Shown: positions 1-9,273, counted from the stretch's first letter. The stretch: DNA of 64,000 bases from an uncultured Desulfobacterales bacterium (GCA_964407825.1 CAYOXD010000004.1:2784-66783); one strand, 5' to 3'. The notes: generated by a model not told the origin, from the sequence alone. Program-made: numbers and translations.

Positions 1-1279
1 GAATCGCGGCCGCGTGCCTTTCAGCCGCACCGACCCGGGACCATACGGCCCGATGGGCCCGGGTGCCAAGGTCGGCGGCGAGTTTGGGGGTGGAAAAAAT
101 ATCCGTCAGTCTTTGGGTCAAATCCGCGCCGTCTGCCACCTCGATTCCCCCGCCGGCTGCCTCGAGCAATTCCCTGGCCTCCCGGAAGTCATCCATGAAG
201 GGGCCATAGAGAACCGGTTTTCCCCACACGGCAGCCTCCAGCACATTCTGCCCCCCCAGGGGCACAAGGCTGCCGCCGCAGAAAACGGCTGCCGCCACAC
301 TGTAGGTCGCCCTCAGTTCCCCCATGGTATCCAAAATCACCACTGAGGCTCGCCGCTGCTGCCCCGCCTCATGGATCTCGGAACGCAACTGGCAGGAAAG
401 ACCGAGGGCTCGAGCCCTGGCCCGGATGCCCGGCACCCGCTCCAAATGCCGGGGTGCCACGATGAGCAGGGCATCTGGAAAACGCGCCTTTATCCCCTTG
501 AAGACCTCCAGCACCAGGGAGGTCTCGGTCCGCCGGACGCTGCCCGCGACCCACACCGGTTGTCCGGGCGCCACCCGGTACAGGAGCGCCATTTTCTCCG
601 CAGTGGCCGGGTCGGCAGCGCCGGGTAAAAGGTCGTATTTGGCGTTCCCTCCCACGGCAACCCGTTCTGTCGGCGCACCCAACCGCCGGATACGCCGGGC
701 GTCATCCTCGTGAATCATGCTGAAGGCATCCACCTGCCCCAGCGTCTCGGCCATGAGGGGCCGGACCCACCGGTACCGCCGGATGGAGCGTTCGGAAAGG
801 CGGCCGTTGACCAGCGCTGTCCGGATGCCCAGGTTGTGGGCGGCCATCAGCCAGTTGGGCCAGATTTCCGTTTCCAGGCAAACAAGCACCTCGGGCCGAA
901 TTGCCGAGAGCGCATTCCGAACGGAGAGGATAAAATCGAGGGGGGCGTAAATGCAGCGCACCCCATCGGCCATCAGCCGTCCCGCAGCGACCTGCCCATG
1001 GTAGGTGCTGGTGGAAAGGAAAATACCGCACTGCGGCTGCATCCGCTTCAGTGCCTGAATGATCGCGGCCCCCACATTCACCTCCCCCACCGACACCGCA
1101 TGAATCCAGATCCGTGGCATACCCTTCAGGTGTCTGAGGGGGGTATCATACACCCCCAACCGCTGGGACAAAAGCGGGATGGGGCGTCCGGAGCACCTGT
1201 AATAGAGGTAATAGAAAGGAAAACCCGATACGAAGAGCCCCGAACTCAGGGCGGCATAGGCGGCATAGGCGGGGAGCAC
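1..1279 (-). CDS. waaA: 3-deoxy-D-manno-octulosonic acid (Kdo) transferase, C-terminus cut by the window edge
   Basis: Absent from the ORF track because it runs off the left edge. My reverse-strand translation from GTG at 1279 reads VLPAYAAYAALSSGLFVSGFPFYYLYY...PRIWIHAVSVGEVNVG...CLETEIWPNW...VNGRLSERS, which is the typical Kdo-transferase N-terminal motif set. Plus-strand ORFs 14-1330 are its antisense shadows. Confidence 0.85.
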   Translation of the reverse strand, partial: MLPAYAAYAALSSGLFVSGFPFYYLYYRCSGRPIPLLSQRLGVYDTPLRHLKGMPRIWIHAVSVGEVNVGAAIIQALKRMQPQCGIFLSTSTYHGQVAAGRLMADGVRCIYAPLDFILSVRNALSAIRPEVLVCLETEIWPNWLMAAHNLGIRTALVNGRLSERSIRRYRWVRPLMAETLGQVDAFSMIHEDDARRIRRLGAPTERVAVGGNAKYDLLPGAADPATAEKMALLYRVAPGQPVWVAGSVRRTETSLVLEVFKGIKARFPDALLIVAPRHLERVPGIRARARALGLSCQLRSEIHEAGQQRRASVVILDTMGELRATYSVAAAVFCGGSLVPLGGQNVLEAAVWGKPVLYGPFMDDFREARELLEAAGGGIEVADGADLTQRLTDIFSTPKLAADLGTRAHRAVWSRVGAAERHAAAI

Positions 1280-1291
1280 CGGACGATCCCC

Positions 1292-3400
1292 CTATCTGCC
1301 CACCGGCAGCGCATGGAAGCGACCGCCTGATATTTTAAGCAGATACAGATCCTTGTTCACATCCCCAGTGGCGGTGAAGGAGGTCCTGCCAGTCACCCCG
1401 GGGTAATCCCGGATGGCAGCGATCTCATCCCGAAGGGCGCTCCTGAACAGAATATTCGGCCGCTTCACCAGTCCCAGCAGCATGTTGGCAGAGTCATAGG
1501 CGACAGCCTCGATGAATCCCGGCGTCTGGGCGTAGGTCCCTTCAAAGGCCTCGACAAATGCCTTCACCCGGGGTTGGGTGCTCTCCTTGAAAAATCCGTC
1601 CGGGAACACGGCCCCCTGGACATACTGTCGGGCCATCTTCATGAGGTCTTTGGAATGCCACAGGTTGGTTCCCAACAGCGTCACATCCGTCACATCGTGA
1701 AAGGCCAGCTGGGGCGCGATCAGCCCGACCATGCTGGGGGCGTCCGGAATGAACACCGCATCGAAATCAACGATGGCCTCGGGCTTCTTTGGCGCCTGTG
1801 CCCCAGAGGGGGCCCCCACCGCGTCTTCCTCGTCACCGGGGGCAGCGGAAGCGTCCGTGCCGTCGAGGTTGCTCTCCGTCAACCGGCTCCCGTCTCCTTT
1901 GGCAGACGAGGCCTTTGCGATGTCCGATAACAGCGAGGCCGGATCACAGAAAACATCCCATTCAGCGGATGTTCCATACGCCCGCTCCTGGGCCTGACGC
2001 AGAGCCTCCTTCAAATCCTCCGGCATCTTGTAATAAAGCCCCACGAGTTTTTCGATGGGATCGGCAAAATCCACCGTCTTGGATCCGTAGGACTCCACTC
2101 CGGTCACAACACCACCGTATTTGACCACCGCGTTCCAGAACAGATTCATCATGGTGGTGCCGTATTTTTCCTCCGGATACAGAATGGCAAACCGCCTGAG
2201 CCCCAAATGGTGGATGGCATAGGGTACAAGCGCCTGAACCTGCATTCGGGGAGTCATGAAATTCCGGAACACGTAGTCGCCCACCTGCGTGATGCCCTCC
2301 CTTCCTGTCAGCGTGATGATCGGAACGCCGTACTGCTGAGCCACCTGTGCCGCCGGAAAGGCCGTCACTATCGGTCCCAGGATGGCCGCCACCTTGTCTT
2401 CGCATAATGCCCGGGCCGCGTCCGCCGAGTGCATAGGATCCGATGCCGTATCCTTGACCACGATACGCAGTCGCGAATCCGCCCCCTTTCCCCCAACCTG
2501 GTCCATGGCCAATTCAATCCCCTCGAGGGCCCGGTGGCCGTATGCCTTATAGGCGCCTGTCAACGGCAGCAGGCATCCGATGGTAAACCGATCGTAATGG
2601 GTCTTCTCAGCCAGCATTCTGAGAAGCTCCTCCGCCTTCGGGACCAGAGGATGGTCCGGGTAGACCTTGACCATGGCCCTAAGAGCCCGGATGCTTTCCC
2701 GATCCTTCTCCAGATCACTCAGCCCGAGTCCGAGCTGATAGAGAAAATATCCACCGAACGGCCCTTCCGGAGGGGAGATCAAAAGCTGATCGATATCCGC
2801 CATGGTGAGCTGTGGGAGCATCGCTTTGAAATGCGTCCAAAGGGAAGGTTGCTCCTGAGCTTCGGCCTTTTGGTAAGCCCGGACATAGGCCTGGGCCGCC
2901 TCCATGGGCCTGGCGGTGGCGGCATAGCTGTCCCCCAGAAGGGAATAAATTCTAACGAGTTGGTTTTGCGACAAAAAGGTATCCTTCAAGAGGGAATCGG
3001 CCCCCTCGATGGCTGCACCGTATTTGTTTTCGCTGTATAGGGATTCCAGCAGGGCTACCCGGGCATCGAGGATCAAGGGACTCTGGGGATAACCGGCCAC
3101 GAGGCGCTGTAGGGCCTGACGCTCTCCGGAAATGTCCCCCTGAGCCAAACGGATCATACCGATCTTCATCAGCGCCGCATCCGCCTTGGGCATGCCGGGA
3201 TATTGCGCCACGTATAACTGGTAAGCCGCAAGCGCTGCATCATAGGATTTGGCCTCAAAGAGCCGCTCGGCCTTGGCAAACAGCAACGCATCCTTTGTCG
3301 CTGGACCCGGCGTGGGCTTGAGTTCCTTCAGGGCACAGGCACTGCAGAAAAGCGCCAGGGCCAGCAGGACCGCGTATGCCACTGCCAAATTTCGTTTCAT
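1292..3400 (-). CDS. Lipoprotein with N-terminal TPR repeats and a C-terminal type-1 periplasmic-binding fold (LpoA-like / Leu-Ile-Val-binding family)
   Basis: Start chosen at MKRNLAVAYAVLLALALFCSAC (signal peptide plus lipobox-like Cys), preceded by GGAG. There are TPR-like helices (YDAALAAYQLYVAQYP, YGAAIEGADSLL), then IGCLLPLTGAYKAYG...ILGPIVT..., typical of the PBP1 family. Confidence 0.75.
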   Translation of the reverse strand: MKRNLAVAYAVLLALALFCSACALKELKPTPGPATKDALLFAKAERLFEAKSYDAALAAYQLYVAQYPGMPKADAALMKIGMIRLAQGDISGERQALQRLVAGYPQSPLILDARVALLESLYSENKYGAAIEGADSLLKDTFLSQNQLVRIYSLLGDSYAATARPMEAAQAYVRAYQKAEAQEQPSLWTHFKAMLPQLTMADIDQLLISPPEGPFGGYFLYQLGLGLSDLEKDRESIRALRAMVKVYPDHPLVPKAEELLRMLAEKTHYDRFTIGCLLPLTGAYKAYGHRALEGIELAMDQVGGKGADSRLRIVVKDTASDPMHSADAARALCEDKVAAILGPIVTAFPAAQVAQQYGVPIITLTGREGITQVGDYVFRNFMTPRMQVQALVPYAIHHLGLRRFAILYPEEKYGTTMMNLFWNAVVKYGGVVTGVESYGSKTVDFADPIEKLVGLYYKMPEDLKEALRQAQERAYGTSAEWDVFCDPASLLSDIAKASSAKGDGSRLTESNLDGTDASAAPGDEEDAVGAPSGAQAPKKPEAIVDFDAVFIPDAPSMVGLIAPQLAFHDVTDVTLLGTNLWHSKDLMKMARQYVQGAVFPDGFFKESTQPRVKAFVEAFEGTYAQTPGFIEAVAYDSANMLLGLVKRPNILFRSALRDEIAAIRDYPGVTGRTSFTATGDVNKDLYLLKISGGRFHALPVGR

Positions 3401-3626
3401 CTCCACCCTCGGCCTCGTATCGGTTTGGCCGGAAGCCTCTGGACCTCCGGCGTGGACACTATCTAACCCAGCCGTACCCCGACGGGCCGGCGTGCTTAGC
3501 CGACACCCTATACGCATCCGCCGACAAAGGCAAGGTTCACCCCCTACCTTTTCCCTTGACTCTTCGCGCTAATGTACTAATGATTAGACAGACCTAGCCG
3601 ATTCGACAGGGGGCCATGTTTCGAAG

Positions 3627-3887
3627 ATGAAGGCCATAGCCAACCATAGCGCGGTGTACCATACCGGATACGAATACCCGGTGACGGCCGCCGGTGGTTC
3701 GGAATATCCCCCCCGATCCTTCGGAAATTTGCGCCAATACTTTTCGGACAGCAATAATTCAAGATATTTTTACCACGACCGATATATCTACCACATCGAC
3801 CCGGGCCCGGGGCTCTACAACACCGGGATGAGGGTAGAGCCGCACCCGATGCAGATGATCGGCAGCCTGATCGATGTGTATGCGTGA
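3627..3887 (+). CDS. Hypothetical small Tyr/Pro-rich protein (86 aa)
   Basis: Only an ORF with GC-rich third codon positions, lying in the 590-bp gap upstream of the RelA/SpoT-like gene. I recognise no homolog. Confidence 0.25.
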   Translation: MKAIANHSAVYHTGYEYPVTAAGGSEYPPRSFGNLRQYFSDSNNSRYFYHDRYIYHIDPGPGLYNTGMRVEPHPMQMIGSLIDVYA

Positions 3888-3990
3888 GGCTCCCCCGGAC
3901 GCCTATAGGGCCCTGACCACCGGGAAGGCAGCGCCAGTCCCCCCGGCGCACACGCACCTGTTGACGATCTGAAACTGGGCCGACGGCAGC

Positions 3991-5145
3991 ATGTACATAT
4001 CCGCGTTTCTGCATAAAAACCAACTTTTTGAGCTGACCAATCGTTGGCTTTCCAACCGCCTGAAAAAGAGCGATCCCCTTCAGATAACCCGGATCATCAC
4101 CTATGACAGCTTTATTGCCTGGGAGCGGCTTCTGCAGTTTGTAGAGGAGCTGAACCGGTTTCTGCCGAATCTGGCGCTCCGCAAAAGAATCACTACGAAA
4201 AGGGAGCTCAAGGACTATATCTGCGCATCGGCTGACAGCACCAGCCCCCGAATCCGAAAAATAATAGAACAATACCGGGCGATGCCAGAGTATTATTATA
4301 TCGGCTCACCCATAACGGCACTGATACTGCACGACGAGGAAGGCCGGTTGACCGGTATGTGCCGTTTCAAACGGGTCAAGCGAATTGCGGAAAAGGCCAG
4401 CCGGTACGCGGCACTTCATATTACGGAGAGGATCAGGGAGGCAGCCCTGAGATCGGCTCCCCCTTCTGGCGCCTGCAAGCAGCCCACCCGGGAAACCATG
4501 GCCCTGGCTGAGAGGGATATAATACTGGAATTCAAGGAAAAAGGCGTCAAGCTCCCCGAAAGGATCATGACCATCAAAGACGTTCTGGGACTCAAGCTTA
4601 TCCAGAACGGTATTTCGGTGGCGGCCCTCGAAGACGTGCTGCACCAGCTTCCGGGAACCACGATCATCGAAAAAGAGGTTCATTCCGGAAATTACAACGC
4701 AACCCACTACGTGGTGGAGCTGACAGTGGATCTGGCGCATATCCGGCAACGGTTCAGCGAGGGCCCCGGAAACGGGGCCTACCGCTACCGCGGTCTCCCT
4801 GCCAGGCACTCGTTCCGGGATTTCGACAGGTTCCTGCGGACCGGCGCTCGAACCGTCCAGTTAGATTTAATATTTACAACAGCCGAGGAAATGATAGAAT
4901 CGGAAATGGGTCGCTCCATGCACGAAACCCGCATTGTCAGGCAACGCCGGCTGCAGGACGGCTGCGGCAACATCACAACCAATATCGAATATATCATCGA
5001 ATTCCTGCTGGCGGTGGGCATGAGCCCGGCGACCCGTATCGATGAAATCCCCATTAAAATATGGGGCCGCTATCTGCCTGACACATTGAGCAACGAGATT
5101 CGAAAGCTCTACCAATTGCCGGAATATACCATTGTGGAACACTGA
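3991..5145 (+). CDS. Divergent RelA/SpoT-like (alarmone-synthetase-fold) nucleotidyltransferase
   Basis: Motif order resembles the RSH synthetase domain: CRFKRVKRIAEK (RxKxxxSxxxK-like), IKDVLGLKLI (DxxGxR-like), YNATHYVVEL (YxSxH-like) and VQLDLIFTTAEEMIESEMGRSMHE (EIQIRT...H-like, with the acidic residue shifted). Confidence 0.6.
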   Translation: MYISAFLHKNQLFELTNRWLSNRLKKSDPLQITRIITYDSFIAWERLLQFVEELNRFLPNLALRKRITTKRELKDYICASADSTSPRIRKIIEQYRAMPEYYYIGSPITALILHDEEGRLTGMCRFKRVKRIAEKASRYAALHITERIREAALRSAPPSGACKQPTRETMALAERDIILEFKEKGVKLPERIMTIKDVLGLKLIQNGISVAALEDVLHQLPGTTIIEKEVHSGNYNATHYVVELTVDLAHIRQRFSEGPGNGAYRYRGLPARHSFRDFDRFLRTGARTVQLDLIFTTAEEMIESEMGRSMHETRIVRQRRLQDGCGNITTNIEYIIEFLLAVGMSPATRIDEIPIKIWGRYLPDTLSNEIRKLYQLPEYTIVEH

Positions 5146-5193
5146 GGCGTTCAGCCGGAAAGGCAGCGCCGCCAATCAGGGGGAGAGGATGTC

Positions 5194-6489
5194 ATGACCG
5201 AATCCAGCACCAGCCAAGCTGCCGATTTCAAAAGGGCCTGCCGCGTCGGCCGTCCGCCCAATGTAACACGACTGTTTCCCAATTCAAACGCCCTCATTGT
5301 CAGCGGCAGGTTCATCGACAGGGCCATGCTGAAAAAGGGCAAGGCTATCGCCATGGCGGCCAATGGCAGAAATTATTTTGTCATGCGCGGCGCCCTGATG
5401 GCCGCCCAGCGGGCCAACGCCGCCATTATCATTGAAATCGCCAAATCCGAGGGGGGCGCCAGCGCGTACTGCGCCACCAATTACTGGAACATCGCCCGAA
5501 CCGTGGATGCCCTGTGCAACGAGCTGGGCATCACGGTCCCCGTGGCTATTCACGCGGACCACTACGGGATCAAATCAGCGGCGGACATCGAGTCAGCCAG
5601 GGATGAAATTCCCTCCATGTTCGATGCAGGGATCACCTCCATTGCCATCGACGCCTCCCATCTGCCTGACGCAGAGAACCTGCTGGCCAGCATCACCCTG
5701 AATCCCTTGGTTCCCAAATGGGCGAGCCTTGAAACGGAGGTGGGGGAGATCAAGGGCAAGGAGGGGCTCTCGACCGTAGAAGAGGCTCTTTTCCTGATTC
5801 AGGGGCTCAACGCCCATGACATTTTCCCGGACTGGATCGCGCTGAATAACGGTACCACCCATGGCATCGAGGAGAGCGGACAGGGGATCCAGGTGGATCT
5901 GACCGCGCAAATCCATGAGGCCATCGCTCCGTACCAGGTCTCCGGCGCCCAGCATGGCACCTCGGGCAACAGTTCCGAGCGGCTCCGGCAGATCGCGGAG
6001 CGCACCCGGACCACCAAGGCCAATGTCGCCACGGCCCTTCAGATGATTTCCTGGGGCGTGGCGGTCAATGATTACGGGAATGCGATCCTGAACGAAGACG
6101 GCAGTTTCAGGAAGGTTCCCGAGGAGGGGATGAACGAGACGCTTTGGCAGGAAATGACCGCCTATGCCCAGGAAAAGGGGTTCAAGGGCGGCAATTACAA
6201 AAAGCTCAACCTGCCCTTCGAAAACCGGCTCTTGGGCCAGCCCAAATCCATCAGGGACCGGATGGCACAGCGGGTGGAAAATTTTGTCTACCACATGCTG
6301 ACCACCGTTCTGAATGCCTCGGATACGGCGCCCCTTGCCATCGAGGCCATTTGTCGGGCGGGCACCTTCGACCCCGGCCCCAAGGTGGACAGGAAGGAGA
6401 ATCCGGCCCAGTGGACCCCGGAAAAAATCAAAGCCAGGGCAGCCCGCATCAATAGTGACAAGGGGCCCGCAGGTAATTTCGAGGACTGA
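5194..6489 (+). CDS. fba: Class II fructose/ketose-bisphosphate aldolase (long form)
   Basis: AIIIEIAKSE, VAIHADHYG, SIAIDASH, ETEVGEIKG and NNGTTHG match the class II aldolase metal- and substrate-binding motifs. Confidence 0.85.
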   Translation: MTESSTSQAADFKRACRVGRPPNVTRLFPNSNALIVSGRFIDRAMLKKGKAIAMAANGRNYFVMRGALMAAQRANAAIIIEIAKSEGGASAYCATNYWNIARTVDALCNELGITVPVAIHADHYGIKSAADIESARDEIPSMFDAGITSIAIDASHLPDAENLLASITLNPLVPKWASLETEVGEIKGKEGLSTVEEALFLIQGLNAHDIFPDWIALNNGTTHGIEESGQGIQVDLTAQIHEAIAPYQVSGAQHGTSGNSSERLRQIAERTRTTKANVATALQMISWGVAVNDYGNAILNEDGSFRKVPEEGMNETLWQEMTAYAQEKGFKGGNYKKLNLPFENRLLGQPKSIRDRMAQRVENFVYHMLTTVLNASDTAPLAIEAICRAGTFDPGPKVDRKENPAQWTPEKIKARAARINSDKGPAGNFED

Positions 6490-6514
6490 GGGTGCCCCTT
6501 GACATATTTTTTTC

Positions 6515-6542
6515 TAAAGTTCAAACAATGGGTACCCGATAC
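6515..6542 (+). promoter_or_regulatory. Candidate sigma28 (FliA) promoter for the flgM operon
   Basis: TAAAGTTC-N12-CCCGATAC compared with the consensus TAAAGTTT-N11/12-GCCGATAA. It lies 90 nt upstream of the first gene of the flgM pair. Confidence 0.45.
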
Positions 6543-6631
6543 GAGAATCAAGTAATAGAACTGAATGGTACCGCAAAGCAGGTTTTTAGGGTACTGTTCA
6601 TAACTAAGGGCTAAGAGCGGAAGTTGCAGCC

Positions 6632-7054
6632 ATGCTTATTCCCAGCCACCAAATACATAATGTATTGAAGGTCTACAGCAAGCAGCTGAGCCAAACCCGG
6701 ATGATAGAGCGGCAAATGGCGTTGGGGCAACAGCAAACTTCTGACAAAATAAATATTTCCGCGGATGCCAAGCGTCAGGCCATCATCGAGAGGGTGGCCG
6801 CGGACATCGTCGACCGGATCACCAGTTCCGGGCCCCAGGATGATGTGGACCAGGAGATTGTCGACAAATTGGAGGGGGAAATGGGCAAGAGCATCTCCTT
6901 CAATGGAAAGCGCCAGAATAAATTCGTATTCAATACCATCGATGAAAATAATGAGAAAACAACCAGCACGCTCGAGATTGGCAATTCGGGCTTTCTGATG
7001 AAACGCCTGGAACAGCTGGCAAAAGAGGTGGTGGACAGAAACATGGAGCAGTAA
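6632..7054 (+). CDS. FlgM-associated small protein (DVU0524-like family, from memory)
   Basis: 140-aa ORF ending 25 nt upstream of flgM on the same strand. The N-terminus MLIPSHQIHNVLKVYSKQL resembles the family that accompanies flgM in Desulfovibrio-like genomes. Confidence 0.65.
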   Translation: MLIPSHQIHNVLKVYSKQLSQTRMIERQMALGQQQTSDKINISADAKRQAIIERVAADIVDRITSSGPQDDVDQEIVDKLEGEMGKSISFNGKRQNKFVFNTIDENNEKTTSTLEIGNSGFLMKRLEQLAKEVVDRNMEQ

Positions 7055-7079
7055 GCCCCTTTTTGAGGGAGGAACCAAA

Positions 7080-7397
7080 ATGAACAATATCGGAAACATC
7101 ACTTATAAGTACGGGCAACAGACAGTCATCAACGAGCCCATGGATAAAACCCGAACCGAGAACCGGGGCAACCAGCCGGTGGAAAAGGGGTCGGACATGG
7201 ATCGGGATGACAAGGTCAGTTTATCTCAGACATCGAAGGCACTTCAGACGGCAAAAGCTGCCGTTGCCGAAACGCCGGATGTACGGGAGGACAAGGTCGG
7301 AGCCTTGCGGCAAGCCATTGAGCAGGGGCAGTATCACGTGGATTCCAATAAGGTTGCCGAGTCCTTTATCGGCAACATCATCAGCGAGGTCGTCTAG
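7080..7397 (+). CDS. flgM: Anti-sigma-28 factor FlgM
   Basis: C-terminal DKVSLS...VREDKVGALRQAIEQGQYHVDSNKVAESFI is the canonical FlgM sigma28-binding region. Confidence 0.85.
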   Translation: MNNIGNITYKYGQQTVINEPMDKTRTENRGNQPVEKGSDMDRDDKVSLSQTSKALQTAKAAVAETPDVREDKVGALRQAIEQGQYHVDSNKVAESFIGNIISEVV

Positions 7398-7487
7398 GGG
7401 GGAACGGCAAAAATTGCCGATCCATGGGGACGGCAACAGATATGAGAATTTTTAAATCCATAATTTCAATATATTATGAAGTTAACC

Positions 7488-7515
7488 GGCCAGACTGAAA
7501 TCTGGCCTCTTTTTT
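7488..7515 (+). terminator. Rho-independent terminator after flgM
   Basis: GGCCAGA-ctgaaa-TCTGGCC stem-loop followed by TCTTTTTT. Confidence 0.7.
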
Positions 7516-7563
7516 GCATTATCATATGGCAATTTACTTGAAGATCTTGGATCCGCCCCTGAA

Positions 7564-7591
7564 GGAAGACCCAATAAGGAAGACCCAATAA
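7564..7591 (+). repeat. Perfect tandem duplication of the 14-mer GGAAGACCCAATAA, directly abutting the Shine-Dalgarno
   Basis: Read directly: ...tgaa GGAAGACCCAATAA GGAAGACCCAATAA GGAGGGatgccccATG. Confidence 0.9.
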
Positions 7592-7604
7592 GGAGGGATG
7601 CCCC

Positions 7605-8045
7605 ATGACCCGCATCACTGCCGTCCCTGAAAGCCAGGCCCTTCACCCGCAGCAGAAACCCGCCAAGACCTCTGCTGGCGGGTTCAGTGAAACGCTGAGC
7701 CGAGCGATGGAAACCGAGAAACCGTCCTCCACCGCGGCCGGATCTCTGGGGGAAATCCAGGCCTGCGGATTTCAGCCCATCGAAACGCCGACGGAAACCC
7801 TCGTCCGCCGTACCGACAGCCTGCTGAATCTGATGGACACCTACGCGCAGGACCTTAGCAATCCTTCGAAATCATTAAAGGAGATTTCACCTGCCCTGGA
7901 CACGATCAACCAGCATGCAACCGAACTCCTCGAGCAGAGCAAAACCCTGTCGCCCAAAGACGACGCCCTCACCGGGATCGCCTCTCAAGTTGCCCTGACC
8001 GCCCGGATGGAAGTGATCAAATTCCAACGGGGAGATTATGTTTAG
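7605..8045 (+). CDS. Hypothetical protein, possibly a flagellar-associated (FlgN-like) helical protein
   Basis: 146-aa ORF with a strong GGAGGG RBS, downstream of flgM. It has a P/A/S-rich N-terminus and a helical C-terminus. I recognise no firm motif. Confidence 0.55.
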   Translation: MTRITAVPESQALHPQQKPAKTSAGGFSETLSRAMETEKPSSTAAGSLGEIQACGFQPIETPTETLVRRTDSLLNLMDTYAQDLSNPSKSLKEISPALDTINQHATELLEQSKTLSPKDDALTGIASQVALTARMEVIKFQRGDYV

Positions 8046-8764
8046 GAGGGCGGGGAAAACCGCTTTTTAAATGCAAGGATCGCATCCCCCAGCGCCATCT
8101 CGGGATGGATCCGGACCATTCGTGCCATATTCGTCAAGGTGAAGAGCAACTCCCCCAGTGCGACGCTGGCACCCCCTCGGTCGCCTTCATCGAGCGCCCC
8201 GCCCGCCAGCCTCTTTCGAACCCCCTGCCACATTTCATCCGCCTTTGACAGGATGCCAGCCAGGGAATCCCACTCACCCCCTGCCGAAGCCGCACGTTCG
8301 CAGATGCGATAGGCGCGCATGAGGCCCGGCAGACCGGCCGGCACGGAATCCAGCGGCGAGCCGGACGGCGTATCGGCTTTCTCCCTGCTCTTGATCTCGT
8401 TCCACTGCCGCCTGACGGCGCCAACCGTTTCAACGGTACTTTCGCCAAAAACGTGAGGATGCCGGCGCACCATCTTTTCGTGAATCCCGCCCATGACATC
8501 GTTGATGTCGAAGCTCCCCTGCTCCTGGAAGAGGCAGGCCACGAACACGATATGAAACAGCAGATCTCCCAGTTCCTCCAGGATCCCGCCGTCATCGGCC
8601 TCCTGAATCGCTTCGGCCAGCTCATGGGCCTCCTCCAGCAGATAGACCGCCATGCTGCGGGCCGTCTGTTTCCTATCCCAAGGGCACCCTGCCCTCAAGG
8701 CCGCCACCAGGGAAACCAGTGCCTCCATACCCGATGCGGCTTGATCTATCGATTTTTTTTCCAA
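8042..8764 (-). CDS. mazG: Nucleoside triphosphate pyrophosphohydrolase MazG
   Basis: CPWDRKQT...YLLEEAHELAEAI...EELGDLLFHIVF...RRHPHVFG. Confidence 0.85.
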   Translation of the reverse strand: MEKKSIDQAASGMEALVSLVAALRAGCPWDRKQTARSMAVYLLEEAHELAEAIQEADDGGILEELGDLLFHIVFVACLFQEQGSFDINDVMGGIHEKMVRRHPHVFGESTVETVGAVRRQWNEIKSREKADTPSGSPLDSVPAGLPGLMRAYRICERAASAGGEWDSLAGILSKADEMWQGVRKRLAGGALDEGDRGGASVALGELLFTLTNMARMVRIHPEMALGDAILAFKKRFSPPS

Positions 8765-9273
8765 ACCTTCCTCAACTCATCCACATTGCGGGAAAACCGT
8801 TGTTTCATCTGCTTTGACACCACGGAAACCATCACCTCGGAGGCCGTGGAAATATGGGGAGACAGCACGGAGTTGCGAATGAAGGGATCACCCTTGGGCA
8901 GGAAACTCGTGAGTGCTATAAAGAGTACGCACACGATCAGCATGGCCTTCACCAGCCCGAAACCGGCCCCCAGAGCCCGATCCAGCCACCCGGAGGATAC
9001 CACATTGAGCAGGTATTTGAGGATCAGGGCCAGTACATTCACCAGGATGAGAATGACACAAAAAATGAGCATGAAACTCAGGATATGCCGATATGCCGCG
9101 TTGGAAACCCAACGTGCCAGGTACCCCCCCACATTGGGGTAATAGGAATAGGCGCCGTAAAAGCCGCCGAGCACCCCCACGATGGCCGCGACCTCCTTGA
9201 CCATGCCTCGAAAGATACCCCGGATGAGGCAAAAACCAAGGATGACGACACAGATAATATCGAAATAATTCAT
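8746..9273 (-). CDS. cvpA: CvpA family membrane protein
   Basis: MNYFDIICVVILGFCLIRGIFRGMVKEV plus multiple TM helices, typical of the CvpA N-terminus. Confidence 0.8.
   Translation of the reverse strand: MNYFDIICVVILGFCLIRGIFRGMVKEVAAIVGVLGGFYGAYSYYPNVGGYLARWVSNAAYRHILSFMLIFCVILILVNVLALILKYLLNVVSSGWLDRALGAGFGLVKAMLIVCVLFIALTSFLPKGDPFIRNSVLSPHISTASEVMVSVVSKQMKQRFSRNVDELRKVWKKNR

Noticed and set aside
14-1330. Several plus-strand ORFs (110-206 aa) at the left edge
   Set aside because: They are antisense shadows of the minus-strand waaA gene, whose translation shows clear Kdo-transferase motifs. Their own translations are Arg/Gly/Pro-rich with no motifs.
3577-4272. 231-aa minus-strand ORF spanning the gap upstream of the RelA/SpoT-like gene
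   Set aside because: It overlaps both the 86-aa ORF and the 5' end of the RelA/SpoT-like gene. The translation is Arg/Gly/Pro-rich with no motifs, so it is likely a shadow ORF.
7503-7518. Sigma54-like TGGC-N7-TTGCA match upstream of the 146-aa gene
   Set aside because: The TGG...TTGC spacing fits, but the same bases form the descending arm and U-tract of a clean flgM terminator (GGCCAGA-ctgaaa-TCTGGCC-TCTTTTTT). The C at the conserved -24 GGCAC position is also off-consensus. The terminator reading is simpler.
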